A stretch of DNA of 64,000 bases from positions 2,944,001 to 3,008,000 of the forward strand of contig JASGHG010000001.1 in assembly GCA_047602425.1 (NCBI GenBank), given 5' to 3'. Source of the stretch: Nibricoccus sp. (GTDB lineage: Bacteria > Verrucomicrobiota > Verrucomicrobiia > Opitutales > Opitutaceae). Below are positions 39,103 to 49,863 of this stretch, one piece after another (position 1 is the stretch's first letter; the number at the start of each line of letters is the position of its first letter). The notes under the pieces were generated by a model. That model made no database searches, had not been told where the DNA came from, and saw only the letters and a list, made by a program, of their open reading frames with translations. Both the position numbers and the translations under genes were made by a program.

Positions 39103-39190
39103 GGTAGGGACGACCCGCCGGGTCGTCCGTCAACGTTGTTCCCCGATGGCTCGTGCACAACAGCGGTCGGCCCGGCGGTCCGACCCTACC
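39103..39190. repeat. GTAG-type REP doublet (REPIN)
   Basis: GGTAGGGACGACCCGCCGGGTCGTCCG and inverted CGGTCGGCCCGGCGGTCCGACCCTACC. Confidence 0.85.
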
Positions 39191-39411
39191 CATCGAACAC
39201 CGGCATTATTATACGTTGGAAGGAGAAACTCTATTAGCCATCGTTGTAACGTCCCACCCGAGATGAGTGCGACGTGTGATCTTAGCGAAAGCGGGATAAA
39301 TCCGGAGCAAGCTGGTCGCGTTGCACCAATCGGGCTCTGCAGACTTTTCCCGTATAGGGGCACCTTGCGTCGACTCATTGCAACCGGACCGTCTCATTTC
39401 GGTCTATCGCA

Positions 39412-40509
39412 ATGATGCCCTCCGAGCACGCTGCCACTTTGGAAAAAATTCCTGTCGCCGACGGAAAACTAAGCGCTAAGGAGGCGCATCTTCGGTACGT
39501 GTCGGACCGCGCAGCGGGATTTTCGCGGCGAAAGCAAGGAGACCGGATCACCTATTTTGACCAGCACGGGCGGCGGTTGACAGATGCAGCGGAAATTTCG
39601 CGGATCCGTGCACTGGCCATTCCACCGGCTTGGGATGGGGTCTGGATTTGCCCGCATGCGCACGGGCATGTACAGGCGACCGGGCGCGATGCGCGGGGGA
39701 GGAAGCAATACCGTTACCATCCCGAGTGGCGGCGTGTGCGGGATCATGCCAAATATGATCACCTCCTAGCCTTCGCTCATGCGCTCCCCAAGATCCGGCG
39801 CCGGGTCGCAAATGATCTCCGTCGTCGCGGTCTTGGGCGGGACAAGGTCCTTGCGGCGATGGTCCGTTTGCTTGAGACAACGCTGATCCGTGTCGGGAAT
39901 GAGCAATACCTCAAGCAAAACCATTCAGTTGGACTAAGCACCCTTCGCGACCGACACGTGCGGGTGAGCAAGGGCACGGTGCATTTCTCGTTTCGTGGCA
40001 AGAGCGGCAAGGAACATGAGATCGACCTCGACGACCCAGGCTTGGCGCGCATCGTGCGGCGGTTACGGGAAATTCCCGGTCAGGAATTGTTTCAGTACAT
40101 TGACGAAAACGGAACGTCACAAAAAATTTCTTCGACCGACATCAACGCCTACCTCCACGAAATAGCGGGGGCGGAGTTTTCCGCGAAGGATTTCCGGACC
40201 TGGGCGGCGACCGTACACGCGGCGCGCGCGCTTGCAGCCACACCAGCTTTTCGCACGGATCGCGAAGCGCGGCACAATGTTGCAGCCGCCATCCGGAGCG
40301 TCGCCGAACAGCTGAGGAATACCCCGGCAATCTGCCGGAAATCCTACGTGCATCCGGCAGTGGTTGAAGGCTATCTCGCCCGGCGTATTCTAAAACTGGT
40401 TACAAACAATACCGAATCCGCGAAACCAGCCCCTCGTTTCGGTCTCAGTGCCGAAGAACGAGCCTTGTGCACATTTCTCCGAGCGGCTGCTCGCTCCGCG
40501 CAGAGATGA
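39412..40509 (+). CDS. Bacterial DNA topoisomerase IB
   Basis: IPPAWDGVWIC; GRKQYRYH; IRVGN; GKSGK; KDFRTW; NTPAICRKSYVHP. Confidence 0.93.
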   Translation: MMPSEHAATLEKIPVADGKLSAKEAHLRYVSDRAAGFSRRKQGDRITYFDQHGRRLTDAAEISRIRALAIPPAWDGVWICPHAHGHVQATGRDARGRKQYRYHPEWRRVRDHAKYDHLLAFAHALPKIRRRVANDLRRRGLGRDKVLAAMVRLLETTLIRVGNEQYLKQNHSVGLSTLRDRHVRVSKGTVHFSFRGKSGKEHEIDLDDPGLARIVRRLREIPGQELFQYIDENGTSQKISSTDINAYLHEIAGAEFSAKDFRTWAATVHAARALAATPAFRTDREARHNVAAAIRSVAEQLRNTPAICRKSYVHPAVVEGYLARRILKLVTNNTESAKPAPRFGLSAEERALCTFLRAAARSAQR

Positions 40510-40575
40510 AAGCGGTGTTTACTCTCCAACTCCGACTTGTCGCACACCGAACTCGTGGTAAATGTGATTACTATC

Positions 40576-40956
40576 ATGGTCAAAAAACTTATCCACACGC
40601 GCATGCGCGTAAACGACATCGAGCGCACGGTTAAATTTTATCAGGACGCGCTGGGACTTACCGTCGCCCGCCGCAGCGTTTCGCCGCGCGGCGCGCAAAT
40701 CGTCTTTCTCGCCACGCCCAACAGCGACGAGGAAATCGAAATCTGCCAGTTGCCCAATAGTCCCTCCGTGCAGGTGCAGCCTGACCTGATGCATCTCGCT
40801 TTCGAGGTGGACAGTATTGAAAAATACGCCGCGGAGATTGCGAAGAAGGGCTTCAAGCTCAGCGACGGTCCAACCAAGACGGGCAGCGGCGCAACTATCG
40901 CCTTCATTGACGCCCCCGAAGGCTACGAAATCGAATTGATCGAAAAGGCGCGATAA
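40576..40956 (+). CDS. VOC/glyoxalase family protein
   Basis: HTRMRV; HLAFEV; DAPEGYEIELIE. Confidence 0.88.
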   Translation: MVKKLIHTRMRVNDIERTVKFYQDALGLTVARRSVSPRGAQIVFLATPNSDEEIEICQLPNSPSVQVQPDLMHLAFEVDSIEKYAAEIAKKGFKLSDGPTKTGSGATIAFIDAPEGYEIELIEKAR

Positions 40957-41061
40957 GAGCGGGCATTTTGTCCGTCGTAAGGGCCGCAATTTTATTGCAC
41001 CCGGTTTGGTTGTGCTCGGAGAAGGCGCAACGGGATTGCGCCCTGAAAGCTGCGTTCAAAT

Positions 41062-43995
41062 TCAGGGCGAAATTTCGAAGCCGCCGATATCGAGCGTTTC
41101 CTTGTTTTCCTTCAGGCGAACGGTAATGCGCTCTTCTTTTTGCTCCCTGGTGCCGAAATGGGTGATCAGACGGACTTGCGCGGTGACGGGGCCGAGCGCG
41201 TTTTGCCGGCGATCGCCGAAATAGTTGATTTGGACTTTGTATTTCCCGGGCTTCGGCGTGCGGAGAATAAACTCCTCGGGTCCGTAGCCGCCGGTGAAAT
41301 CGCGCGACATATGGCCGCCTTGGTAGGTGAGCGGATGGTTGTACATGGCGACTTCGCCGTTGGGATCGGTGACCCAGAGGTCGATATCGCAGTCATTGGC
41401 ATCCCACGTGAGAATTACCCGCGTGGTAACGGGAAGGTTTTTCAGCAGGCGGCGGTCGATCTTGCTGAGGTCGAGTTTCGCATCGCAGGTCGAGACGATG
41501 GCGTTGAGTTCGGCTAACGCCAGCTGTTCGATCTCGGGAAAACGGCCATCCCAAGGTTTGAAAACGATGACCCAGAGCAAATCGACGGCGCGCTGGTATT
41601 CCTTCGTTGCGGCGCAGACGAGCGCGAGGTCGCGGTGACTCTGAGGTTCGTCGGGACGCAGGATCAGCACACGCTCAAAGAGCGGTTTTGCGAGATCGGG
41701 GCGGTCGGCCTGCGTCAGGCGATGGGCGAGCACGCGCAGCAGGGCGACGTCTTCGAGTTCCATTTCGGCCAGGTTCGAAAGGATCCGAAGCGCCAGTTCG
41801 GGTTGCTTTACCTCAAAGAAGTAGTTGGCTACGTCGAGGAAAAAACCGGGCTGTTCGGTGTGGTCGGCGCGTTCTTCGAGGTAGATGGTGTAGGCTTTTT
41901 CAGGCGATGTCCGGCGGAGGTGATCGAGGTAACCGGCATTGGGTTTCCAGCTTTGCAGCGAAATGGTGGCGGTGGGTGTGGAGGCGTCGTCGGCAGAATC
42001 GCCTTTGCGTTTTGCTTCCAAAGCAGTGATTCGGCCCACGGCTTCGCGACGTTCGCGTTGGGTATCCTGTCTGCGGCCTGCCGGCGCTTGGCTGACCGAA
42101 AACGAATTTAGCACAATCACATCGTCCGAACTTCCTGCTCTGACTGAAGCTGGTGCGGCCATTCTCTCCGCATCTCCATAAATAACTTTGTCGAAGTTAG
42201 TCGTTTTAGGCGGTTCGTCTTTGGGAAATTTCTTTTCCCACCAAGCGACCCGATCCTTGAAAGCTCGGAGCACAGCATCGAAGTGGATATCGAAGGAGTT
42301 TTTGCGCTCAGCCTCGGTTCGATTCTGCACGGTGCGCCATTCGTTTCGGAGTTCGGCGGGTGGCGTGATGTTGTAGCGCACGTAATCAGCCAGCGTTTCG
42401 AGCACGATCAAGGAGGTATTCGCGGTGACGATTCCAAAATCCTGGCTCGTGCGGCGAATATCTTCGCGGTTGGCCGTGGGATTGAGGGATAAAAGGTTGA
42501 GCTTGGTCGTAGCCCAGGCGCGCGCGGCGAGACGGCTCGGATTTTCGCCGGAGCAAAGGACGAGTTCATGGTCGCGGGCGTCGCTGTTGTTGTGTCCGAT
42601 GCGGACGCGAATGCTCGTCTGGGGAACGCGCAAGAGGCCGGTCACAACCAATGACTCAGCGGTAATCGGCGTACCCGGTTCGGGGAAAATTTGCGCGACG
42701 GTTTCGGGGTCGTAATTGACGGCAATCACACGGAGCGATTCGGCGCGAAGTTTTTTGGCCGAATCGGCGGACTCGGTTTCAAGCAAATTCACAAATTCTC
42801 CATTGTGGCGTGCGGCGATGCAGCGTAGCTGGGCTGGATCGGCTTTGCCGCACGCGAGAATTGCGTGCACCGAGCCTTTGAGCGGAAGCGGGGTTTGTGC
42901 GGATTGGCTGCCATAGTTGAAAAGCCCGTCGGAAAAGAGCAGCCATTCGTCCATGGGCAGATTGTCGGCAAGACCGTCGAAGGAAGTCGCGCCATCGTAC
43001 ACGGTTTTCTTGAGCTCGGCTTTGAGTGCGGACCATTTTCCATCGCGAATGGCGAACGAGACCGGAGCCTCGGCGCGATCGCGAAGGCGGATGAGCTGCA
43101 CATCGACGTTTTTCACCAGCGCAAACCATTCGTCGAGCAAGGCGAACTCCTTGTCATGATCGCGTTCGCGGCCCGAACCGGAGCTGTCCCAAAGCAGTCC
43201 GACGGTCCGCGGAGCGGGACGAGCCTTGGACGAACCAGTTGCTTGAACCTCGGCGTAAAAATATTCCTTGTCCTCCTGTTTTCCGGTAATGACGCGGGCG
43301 TGTTCAGATGGCGGCAGCATCAGTTCGAAAAGTCCACGCGCCTTAAAATCGGTCTTTTCGACGTCGAGGAAGCGGGCGTCGCGCCAAGCGGGCAGATCAA
43401 GGCCGAGCGTTGTGCGGGTTTTGGGCTCTTTCGTGCCATCAGAAAAAGCCACAACGGAAAGACGGAAGGTTTTGAGCGGCTTTTCGAAATTTAGGTTTAT
43501 ACGGTAGATCGGCTCGCCGGCGTTGCGGACGAGATCCTCCTGGTACGCGAGCACGATTCGACGAGTGCCGTGGGCAGGAATGGGAAATACGCGGGCTCGG
43601 TAGTTGTTGCCCTCGGTCTGTTCGAGAAGTCCCGGATCGACACGGCGGCGTTCAATCTCCTCGAAGACGACGCGGCCCTGAGTTTTTTCAACCGGCATGG
43701 CCTCGCGGAGGCTGCCGTTAATATCGAGGGCGAAGCGAACGACGCTCTGACCATCGAGCAGGGGAAAAACAAAATTGCCCTCAAGGACGCGCGCATTGGG
43801 ATTTTTGAACACCAAATCGAAAGTGGTGACGGCGATGCGGCCGGTGACCTCGGTGGAGATGACGGCGGATTCGACGACCACGGGTGAAACATTTTTTTCA
43901 GTCAGTTCCATGCGTTGCGCGCGAACGGGAACGGGTCCGATGGAAAAAATGCCGAGCAAAAGGAAACGTTGGAACAGCATGAGAGGGATCTTCAT
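41062..43995 (-). CDS. VIT-domain / TPR / DUF2135 protein
   Basis: N-terminal VIT (NPNARVLEG...DPGLLEQ), WDSSGSG, TPR-like helices, DIDLWVTDPNGE...GYGPEEF. Confidence 0.8.
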   Translation of the reverse strand: MKIPLMLFQRFLLLGIFSIGPVPVRAQRMELTEKNVSPVVVESAVISTEVTGRIAVTTFDLVFKNPNARVLEGNFVFPLLDGQSVVRFALDINGSLREAMPVEKTQGRVVFEEIERRRVDPGLLEQTEGNNYRARVFPIPAHGTRRIVLAYQEDLVRNAGEPIYRINLNFEKPLKTFRLSVVAFSDGTKEPKTRTTLGLDLPAWRDARFLDVEKTDFKARGLFELMLPPSEHARVITGKQEDKEYFYAEVQATGSSKARPAPRTVGLLWDSSGSGRERDHDKEFALLDEWFALVKNVDVQLIRLRDRAEAPVSFAIRDGKWSALKAELKKTVYDGATSFDGLADNLPMDEWLLFSDGLFNYGSQSAQTPLPLKGSVHAILACGKADPAQLRCIAARHNGEFVNLLETESADSAKKLRAESLRVIAVNYDPETVAQIFPEPGTPITAESLVVTGLLRVPQTSIRVRIGHNNSDARDHELVLCSGENPSRLAARAWATTKLNLLSLNPTANREDIRRTSQDFGIVTANTSLIVLETLADYVRYNITPPAELRNEWRTVQNRTEAERKNSFDIHFDAVLRAFKDRVAWWEKKFPKDEPPKTTNFDKVIYGDAERMAAPASVRAGSSDDVIVLNSFSVSQAPAGRRQDTQRERREAVGRITALEAKRKGDSADDASTPTATISLQSWKPNAGYLDHLRRTSPEKAYTIYLEERADHTEQPGFFLDVANYFFEVKQPELALRILSNLAEMELEDVALLRVLAHRLTQADRPDLAKPLFERVLILRPDEPQSHRDLALVCAATKEYQRAVDLLWVIVFKPWDGRFPEIEQLALAELNAIVSTCDAKLDLSKIDRRLLKNLPVTTRVILTWDANDCDIDLWVTDPNGEVAMYNHPLTYQGGHMSRDFTGGYGPEEFILRTPKPGKYKVQINYFGDRRQNALGPVTAQVRLITHFGTREQKEERITVRLKENKETLDIGGFEISP

Positions 43996-44131
43996 GGGGA
44001 TGAAAAAAGGATGACGAAAAACGGCCGTCCGACGAGCTGATAGTCGAACAGTATCATCCCTACAACGACCTGGCTGCCGTTTTATTAGCCGCGAAGTGTT
44101 TTCGGCGTACTCCAAGAATCGCCAGAGACGT

Positions 44132-44152
44132 TTGTCATCTAATAGATGACAA
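44132..44152. repeat. Palindrome TTGTCATCTAATAGATGACAA (copy 3)
   Basis: Perfect 10-bp arms. Confidence 0.85.
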
Positions 44153-44190
44153 CGGCATTGGTTGCCGGCGGACGTTTCTATTGTCGCCGG

Positions 44191-45069
44191 TCAAATCTGT
44201 TTTGCGGCGCGGCGCTCGTAGGCGAAGAGATATTGTTGGGCAAGTCCGGCCAGTGGGCCGAAATGGACACGGCCGAAATGGGCGGCTTGGGCGGGCTTCC
44301 AATCGTCGAGACCGTAGCGGCGAGCCATGGTTTTAAGAATCCAAGTATCGACGGGAAACGCTTCGAGGCGGCCGGCGCCGAAGAGCAGCACGCAGTCCGC
44401 CACTTTTTCGCCGACACCGGGGAGGGTGCAAAGACGTTCCTTTGCCTGGTTGTAGGGAGCGGTTTCGGTGGTGTCGAGCCAGCCGGGGTTTTTTGCGAGG
44501 AATTGCGCGGTTTCCCGTATATGTTTGGCGCGAAAACCGAGCTTGCACGCCCGTAAGGAGATTTCGGATACGCGGGCAAGTTCATCCCATGTTGGCAGAC
44601 GATGAATGCCCGGCGCGATTTCGGCACCGTGGCGCTCGGCGAGAAGGGCGATCATTTGTTTTATCTGCACAATTTGTTTCGTGGCGCTGCACAGGAAGCA
44701 CAGCAGCGTTTCGCCGAATGGCTGGCGAAGAATGCGCAAGCCGGGAAACGTATCGAGGCAAATGGCGAGATGGGCATCGCTGCGCCAGGGGAGGGCGTCG
44801 ATTCGGGCGTCGTGGAGGGAGCTGAGGTTAAGGTAGTCCGCTAAAGCGTGCGCGGTTCCGTTGGCGCGGTCACAAGGCGCACTCCAGAGGACCTTTTCGT
44901 CGCCTGCGACGGAAAGCCGGGCGACGTTCTCGCCCCAAATGCCGATCCAAGTGCCATCGACCTGGCGGTGCCAGCGGAAACTTTGGCCGCCATCGAGTAG
45001 TTCGGCGAGGACGTCCGTCTTGATTTTCAACTGAAGCGGTTCCCATTTGTTCCAGAATGACACGGGCAT
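44191..45069 (-). CDS. 8-oxoguanine DNA glycosylase/AlkA-type HhH-GPD protein
   Basis: GQSFRW; GLRILRQ; LPGVGEKVADC; AFPVDTW; AQQYLF. Confidence 0.88.
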   Translation of the reverse strand: MPVSFWNKWEPLQLKIKTDVLAELLDGGQSFRWHRQVDGTWIGIWGENVARLSVAGDEKVLWSAPCDRANGTAHALADYLNLSSLHDARIDALPWRSDAHLAICLDTFPGLRILRQPFGETLLCFLCSATKQIVQIKQMIALLAERHGAEIAPGIHRLPTWDELARVSEISLRACKLGFRAKHIRETAQFLAKNPGWLDTTETAPYNQAKERLCTLPGVGEKVADCVLLFGAGRLEAFPVDTWILKTMARRYGLDDWKPAQAAHFGRVHFGPLAGLAQQYLFAYERRAAKQI

Positions 45070-45229
45070 GCCGAACAAAGGAGCAGGGCTTCCAAAAAAG
45101 TCCAGCGGGGCCCCCAGGGAAACCGCAAGGTGTGCGCGCATTTTTTCGGGCGAAACCTTGACGCGAATCAAACTCCGTTTGAACTGTGATGGTCAACCCG
45201 CCGCCTGACTTCACCTTCGCGAGTTTACT

Positions 45230-45706
45230 GTGCCCACGAACGCCCACAAAACCCGTCTCATTCTTGGTCTGATCCTTGCCTCGACGATCGGGCTTTTCGC
45301 TGGCGTGGGCGGGTACACGTTTTATTACGGTCAGGGTTTTTCCTACCTCTCGAACGACCCGCGGGCCTGCGTGAATTGCCACATTATGCGTGAGCAGTAC
45401 GACGGCTGGCAAAAGGCGGCCCATCACGCCGTGGCGACCTGCAACGACTGCCATACGCCGCACGATCTCATCGGCAAGTACATGACCAAGGCATCGAATG
45501 GCTACCATCATTCGAAGGGCTTCACGCTGCAGGATTTTCACGAGCCAATCATGATCAAGCCCTCCAATTCGGCCGTGCTGCAAAAAAACTGCGTGGCCTG
45601 CCATAAAGGAATCGTCGACGGCATCAATACGCACCCGGGCGATCCGAAGAAGATGCTCAATTGCGTGCACTGCCACCGCGAAGTCGGGCACGGGCCGGTG
45701 CGCTGA
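45230..45706 (+). CDS. nrfH: Cytochrome c nitrite reductase small subunit
   Basis: TM plus four CxxCH (CVNCHIM, CNDCH, CVACH, CVHCH). Confidence 0.93.
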   Translation: MPTNAHKTRLILGLILASTIGLFAGVGGYTFYYGQGFSYLSNDPRACVNCHIMREQYDGWQKAAHHAVATCNDCHTPHDLIGKYMTKASNGYHHSKGFTLQDFHEPIMIKPSNSAVLQKNCVACHKGIVDGINTHPGDPKKMLNCVHCHREVGHGPVR

Positions 45707-45755
45707 AAAAAGCGAAACTATTTAACAACGCCAAAATATCCACCCCATTTCCGCC

Positions 45756-47257
45756 ATGAAATCCAATCCTCTTCACCGCCAGCGTGGCCTTGCTCTTATG
45801 GGCTATGTGCTTGTCATTTTTCTCGTGGCTGCCGCCGCCTTCGGCGTGTTTCTGCTCTATCAAAACATTGTTACACGCAAAGCCGAAGCCACTCAGCACG
45901 CCTTCAAGGTGGTCGAACTCGACGAGACCACGGTCAATCCCGCGAAGTGGGCCAGAATTTTCCGCGTCAATACGACAGCTACAAACGCACGGTGGAAAAT
46001 TACGGCACCAAATACGGCGGTGCCGGCAGCGAGGCGGCTCCGATCAGCAAGCTCAAGGCGGACTCGCATCTGCCCGAGATTTTTGCCGGTTACGCTTTCG
46101 CAATCGACTACAACCAACGTCGCGGCCATGCGCACATGCTCGAAGACCAGCGCACCACCAAGCGCGTGACCGAGCGTCCACAAACCGGCGCCTGTCTGCA
46201 TTGCCATGCGAGCAACACCGTTCTCTACCGCCAGGAAGGCCTCAAGCAAGGCGCCGCTGGCACAATTGACGAACCCATGGACTCCGCCAACGGACGCGCC
46301 CAGTTGATGGCCGGCTTCGAAGCGGTCTGCAAGATGCCTTACAATAAAGCCACTGAGCTAGCCCAGCATCCCGTCGCGTGCATCGATTGCCACGATCCCA
46401 AGTCGATGGAACTGCGCGTGACCAAGCCTGGCTTTATTCGGGGCATCGACGCCCTGGCTCGCAGCTCCGAGCCGGTGGCGCATCTGCCTTCGATTGAGCG
46501 CTGGCGCATGGGCAATCGCAAAGAGCCCTACGAACCCAACCGCGATGCTTCCCGCCAGGAAATGCGCTCGATGGTCTGCGGCCAGTGCCACGTCGAATAC
46601 TACTGCGGTCCCAAGATGACGCTCTTCTTTCCTTGGGGCAAAGGCCTGAAGGTCGAACAAATCGAGGCGACCTACGATGAAACCAAGTTCTCCGATGGGC
46701 ACCGCTTCTTTGATTTTGCACACGCCAAGACCGGCGCAGAGGTCCTAAAAGCGCAGCACCCTGAATTTGAACTGTGGAGTCAGGGTATTCATGCCCGCAG
46801 CGGTGTAAGCTGTGCCGATTGCCACATGCCTTACGTTCGCGAAGGCGCGATCAAGGTCAGCAGCCACCACGTTCGCAGCCCGCTCATGAACATCGCGCAG
46901 GCCTGCCAGACCTGCCATCGCTATCCGGAGTCGGAAATCAAGGCCCGCGTGGAAGCCATCCAAGATCGCACTGCGGCTCTGATGGATCGTGCGGAAACCG
47001 CGGTGGTCGGACTCATCCGCGCGCTTGAAACGGCCAAGAAACAAGGCGCCACGCCGGAGCAACTCGCACCGGCTTATGAGCTCCAGCGCAAGTCCCAATG
47101 GCGCGTCGACTTCATCAACGCGGAAAACTCCATGGGCTTCCACGCTCCGCAGGAAGCCGCGCGCATCCTCGGCGAAGCGATCGACTATGCCCGTCAGGGC
47201 GAATTGCTCGTCCTCGGACTCAAGACGGCGACGACGGCCGCCGTCACCACACCGTAA
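45756..47257 (+). pseudogene. nrfA: Ammonia-forming cytochrome c nitrite reductase c552, frameshifted at 45949-45951 (likely one G missing)
   Basis: [12 protein letters not shown] split across frames; five heme motifs; [24 protein letters not shown]. Confidence 0.9.
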
Positions 47258-47281
47258 ACGGTCCACCGAACTACATTGAAG

Positions 47282-47314
47282 CGCCAAAGCCCGCGTTCAA
47301 CGCGGGCTTTGGTG
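47282..47314. terminator. Hairpin between convergent genes
   Basis: CCAAAGCCCGCGTT / AACGCGGGCTTTGG. Confidence 0.7.
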
Positions 47315-47334
47315 TCCAGTTGTCGGATGAAATC

Positions 47335-47694
47335 TTACTCCAACTTGTTCGCGAAGAGAGGCGCGTACATCAACAAGACCGTGACGGTGGCGACGAAATA
47401 GGTGCGCGCATCACCAACTGACAGGAGAAACGTCGCGATGATGCCGGACCCTTCCGCGAGCGACAGGCCGACGATGAATACCGGCAACACCTTGGTCAGG
47501 GATTTGAACTTTGGCAGCAGGATGAAACGTACGGCGATCGAGCTGACGAGCGTGACGAAAGGGAACCAGCGCAAAACCGATTCGGGCGCGGACGCTTCCG
47601 AATTTTTGGCCGGGGCTAAAAACAAATAGACCAGGCAAAAGCCGGAAACGATCGCGAACCAGATGATCCAAAGAATGAGCCGCCGGGAGTGCAT
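47335..47694 (-). CDS. Small membrane protein
   Basis: About four hydrophobic segments. Confidence 0.65.
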   Translation of the reverse strand: MHSRRLILWIIWFAIVSGFCLVYLFLAPAKNSEASAPESVLRWFPFVTLVSSIAVRFILLPKFKSLTKVLPVFIVGLSLAEGSGIIATFLLSVGDARTYFVATVTVLLMYAPLFANKLE

Positions 47695-47928
47695 GAACGT
47701 GGATTGTTTTAGGATGATCAAGGGACTGGGCACAGCACATTGGCCCCAATGCGCTGGGATGAGAGCGACTTGCCAAGCGCGTTGAAGCCCAGAGTGCTTC
47801 ACCTAGGACTTTGCTTTTCTCCAAGCGAATTTCAGCCAATCGCACGGTTGTGGCGAACCAATTTGTTCACACACAGAAAACCTTCCAAGCCGTTGGCCGA
47901 ACTCGGAAGGGAAGGGGACGATTACCGC

Positions 47929-48222
47929 TTAGGCTGCGGGAGCCAGCAAATCGGCGAACTCCGGGTGGCGCTCGATGAAACGCGCGGTGTAGGAGCATTG
48001 CGGGACCACTTTGAGTTTCTCCGCGCGGGCCCACGCGAGGGCGGACCGAACCATTTGTTCGGCGAGGCCGTGTCCACGCAGTGCGGGAGGAACGTACGTA
48101 TGAATAATGGTCACGCGTCCGCCGGCACGCACGTATTCGATGAGCGCGGTATCTGTGCCCGTGTTGATTTCGAAACGGCTGGCGGCGATGTCGTGGTGGA
48201 TGGTTTCGGGGTTGCTGGTCAT
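47929..48222 (-). CDS. GNAT N-acetyltransferase (YjdJ-like)
   Basis: HTYVPPALRGHGLA; VVPQCSY. Confidence 0.9.
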   Translation of the reverse strand: MTSNPETIHHDIAASRFEINTGTDTALIEYVRAGGRVTIIHTYVPPALRGHGLAEQMVRSALAWARAEKLKVVPQCSYTARFIERHPEFADLLAPAA

Positions 48223-48366
48223 GGCTGGGGCAAGTTGCTGGGGGTTGTCAGTTGCGCAAGGGAAGCAAAGAGATTTGTGCAGATTTTGCCACTCTTATGT
48301 CATAGCTGCGTCCGGTCTTGACCGCCTTCGGCCGAGGGCGCTTTTTGGCGAAATCCTCTTTTCGTT

Positions 48367-49602
48367 ATGTCCTCCTCCAAACCACGTAAAGTAGCCCTTC
48401 TCACTGCTGGCGGTCTTGCGCCGTGCCTCAGCTCCGCCCTTGGCGGCCTGATCGAACGTTACACGGAGATTGCCCCTGAGATCGAAATTATCGCCTACCG
48501 CGGCGGTTACAAAGGCCTGCTGCTTGGCGACAGCTACGCGGTGACGCCGGAAGTTCGCGCCAACGCGCACATTCTCCATCGCCATGGCGGCAGCCCGATC
48601 GGCAACAGCCGCGTGAAACTCACCAACGTGAAAGACTGCGTGAAACGTGGTTTGGTGAAAGAAGGTCAGGACCCGCAAAAAGTCGCGGCCGACCAACTCG
48701 TCAAAGACGGCGTCGATATTCTTCACACCATCGGCGGCGACGACACCAACGGTGCCGCAGCCGACCTCGCGGCGTTTCTCGCGAAAAATAATTACAACCT
48801 CACCGTCATCGGTCTGCCCAAGACGATCGACAACGACGTGTTTCCCATTCGCCAGTCGCTTGGCGCGTGGACCGCGGCCGAACAAGGCGCGCGCTATTTC
48901 CAGAACGTCGTTGCCGAACACGGTGCGAATCCCCGCATGCTCATCATCCATGAAGTGATGGGCCGTAACTGTGGCTGGCTCACGGCCGCGACCGCGCAGG
49001 AGTACCGCAAGCTGCTCGACCGTCAGGAATACGTGCCGGGACTTGGCCTCAGTCGCGACCGCCTCGAAGTGCATGCTGTTTTCATCCCCGAGATGGCGGT
49101 CGATCTTGCGGCCGAAGCCGCGCGCCTAAAAGGCGTGATGGATCGCACGGGCAACGTGAATATATTCATCTCCGAGGGCGCCGGCGTCGAAAGTATCGTC
49201 GCCGAAATGACTGCCAAGGGCCAGGAAGTGCCGCGCGATGCGTTTGGCCACGTGAAACTTGATGCTGTTAATCCTGGCAAATGGTTCGGCGAGCAGTTTG
49301 CCAAGATGCTCGGCGCTGAAAAAACGCTCGTGCAGAAGAGCGGTTATTTCGCCCGCGCTGCCGCAGCCAACGTCGACGATCTGCGCCTCATCAAAAGCTG
49401 CACCGACCTGGCCGTCGAATGCGCATTGCGTCGCGAGAGCGGCGTGATCGGCCACGACGAAGACAAGGGCAACATTCTTCGCGCCATCGAATTCCCGCGC
49501 ATCAAGGGCGGCAAGCCGTTCAATGTCGATCTGCCCTGGTTCGGCTCGCTCCTAGCCGCCATCGGCCAGCCAAAGGGCGCGAAGGTCGACGTGAAGCATT
49601 GA
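48367..49602 (+). CDS. pfp: PPi-dependent phosphofructokinase
   Basis: TAGGLAP; GGDDT; PKTIDND; MGR. Confidence 0.93.
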   Translation: MSSSKPRKVALLTAGGLAPCLSSALGGLIERYTEIAPEIEIIAYRGGYKGLLLGDSYAVTPEVRANAHILHRHGGSPIGNSRVKLTNVKDCVKRGLVKEGQDPQKVAADQLVKDGVDILHTIGGDDTNGAAADLAAFLAKNNYNLTVIGLPKTIDNDVFPIRQSLGAWTAAEQGARYFQNVVAEHGANPRMLIIHEVMGRNCGWLTAATAQEYRKLLDRQEYVPGLGLSRDRLEVHAVFIPEMAVDLAAEAARLKGVMDRTGNVNIFISEGAGVESIVAEMTAKGQEVPRDAFGHVKLDAVNPGKWFGEQFAKMLGAEKTLVQKSGYFARAAAANVDDLRLIKSCTDLAVECALRRESGVIGHDEDKGNILRAIEFPRIKGGKPFNVDLPWFGSLLAAIGQPKGAKVDVKH

Positions 49603-49629
49603 GAGCGCGACCTGTTTTTTGACTTCCAT

Positions 49630-49659
49630 GCCCGGAGCTCCTGCTCCGGGCTTTTTTTT
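49630..49659 (+). terminator. Intrinsic terminator after pfp
   Basis: GCCCGGAGC/GCTCCGGGC followed by T8. Confidence 0.85.
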
Positions 49660-49863
49660 GGCGGTTGGGAACGATGGAAGCACGATGATGCCGTCAAATT
49701 GTGCGACTTTCGATTGCAGAACTCGGCGGTTGGCACTCGCGTCCAATTCGCTGGCAGCCATGCGAGCGAAAGCGGTCTGCCACGAATGGCGTCTGTTCCC
49801 GTCTCTTGACCCCGCCGAGCGATTGCGATCATTGTGCATTTGTTACCCTCCCCACATCACCGA

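Noticed and set aside
39412..40509. Topoisomerase IB as the element's recombinase
   Set aside because: Lies outside the right end and has typical bacterial TopIB motifs.
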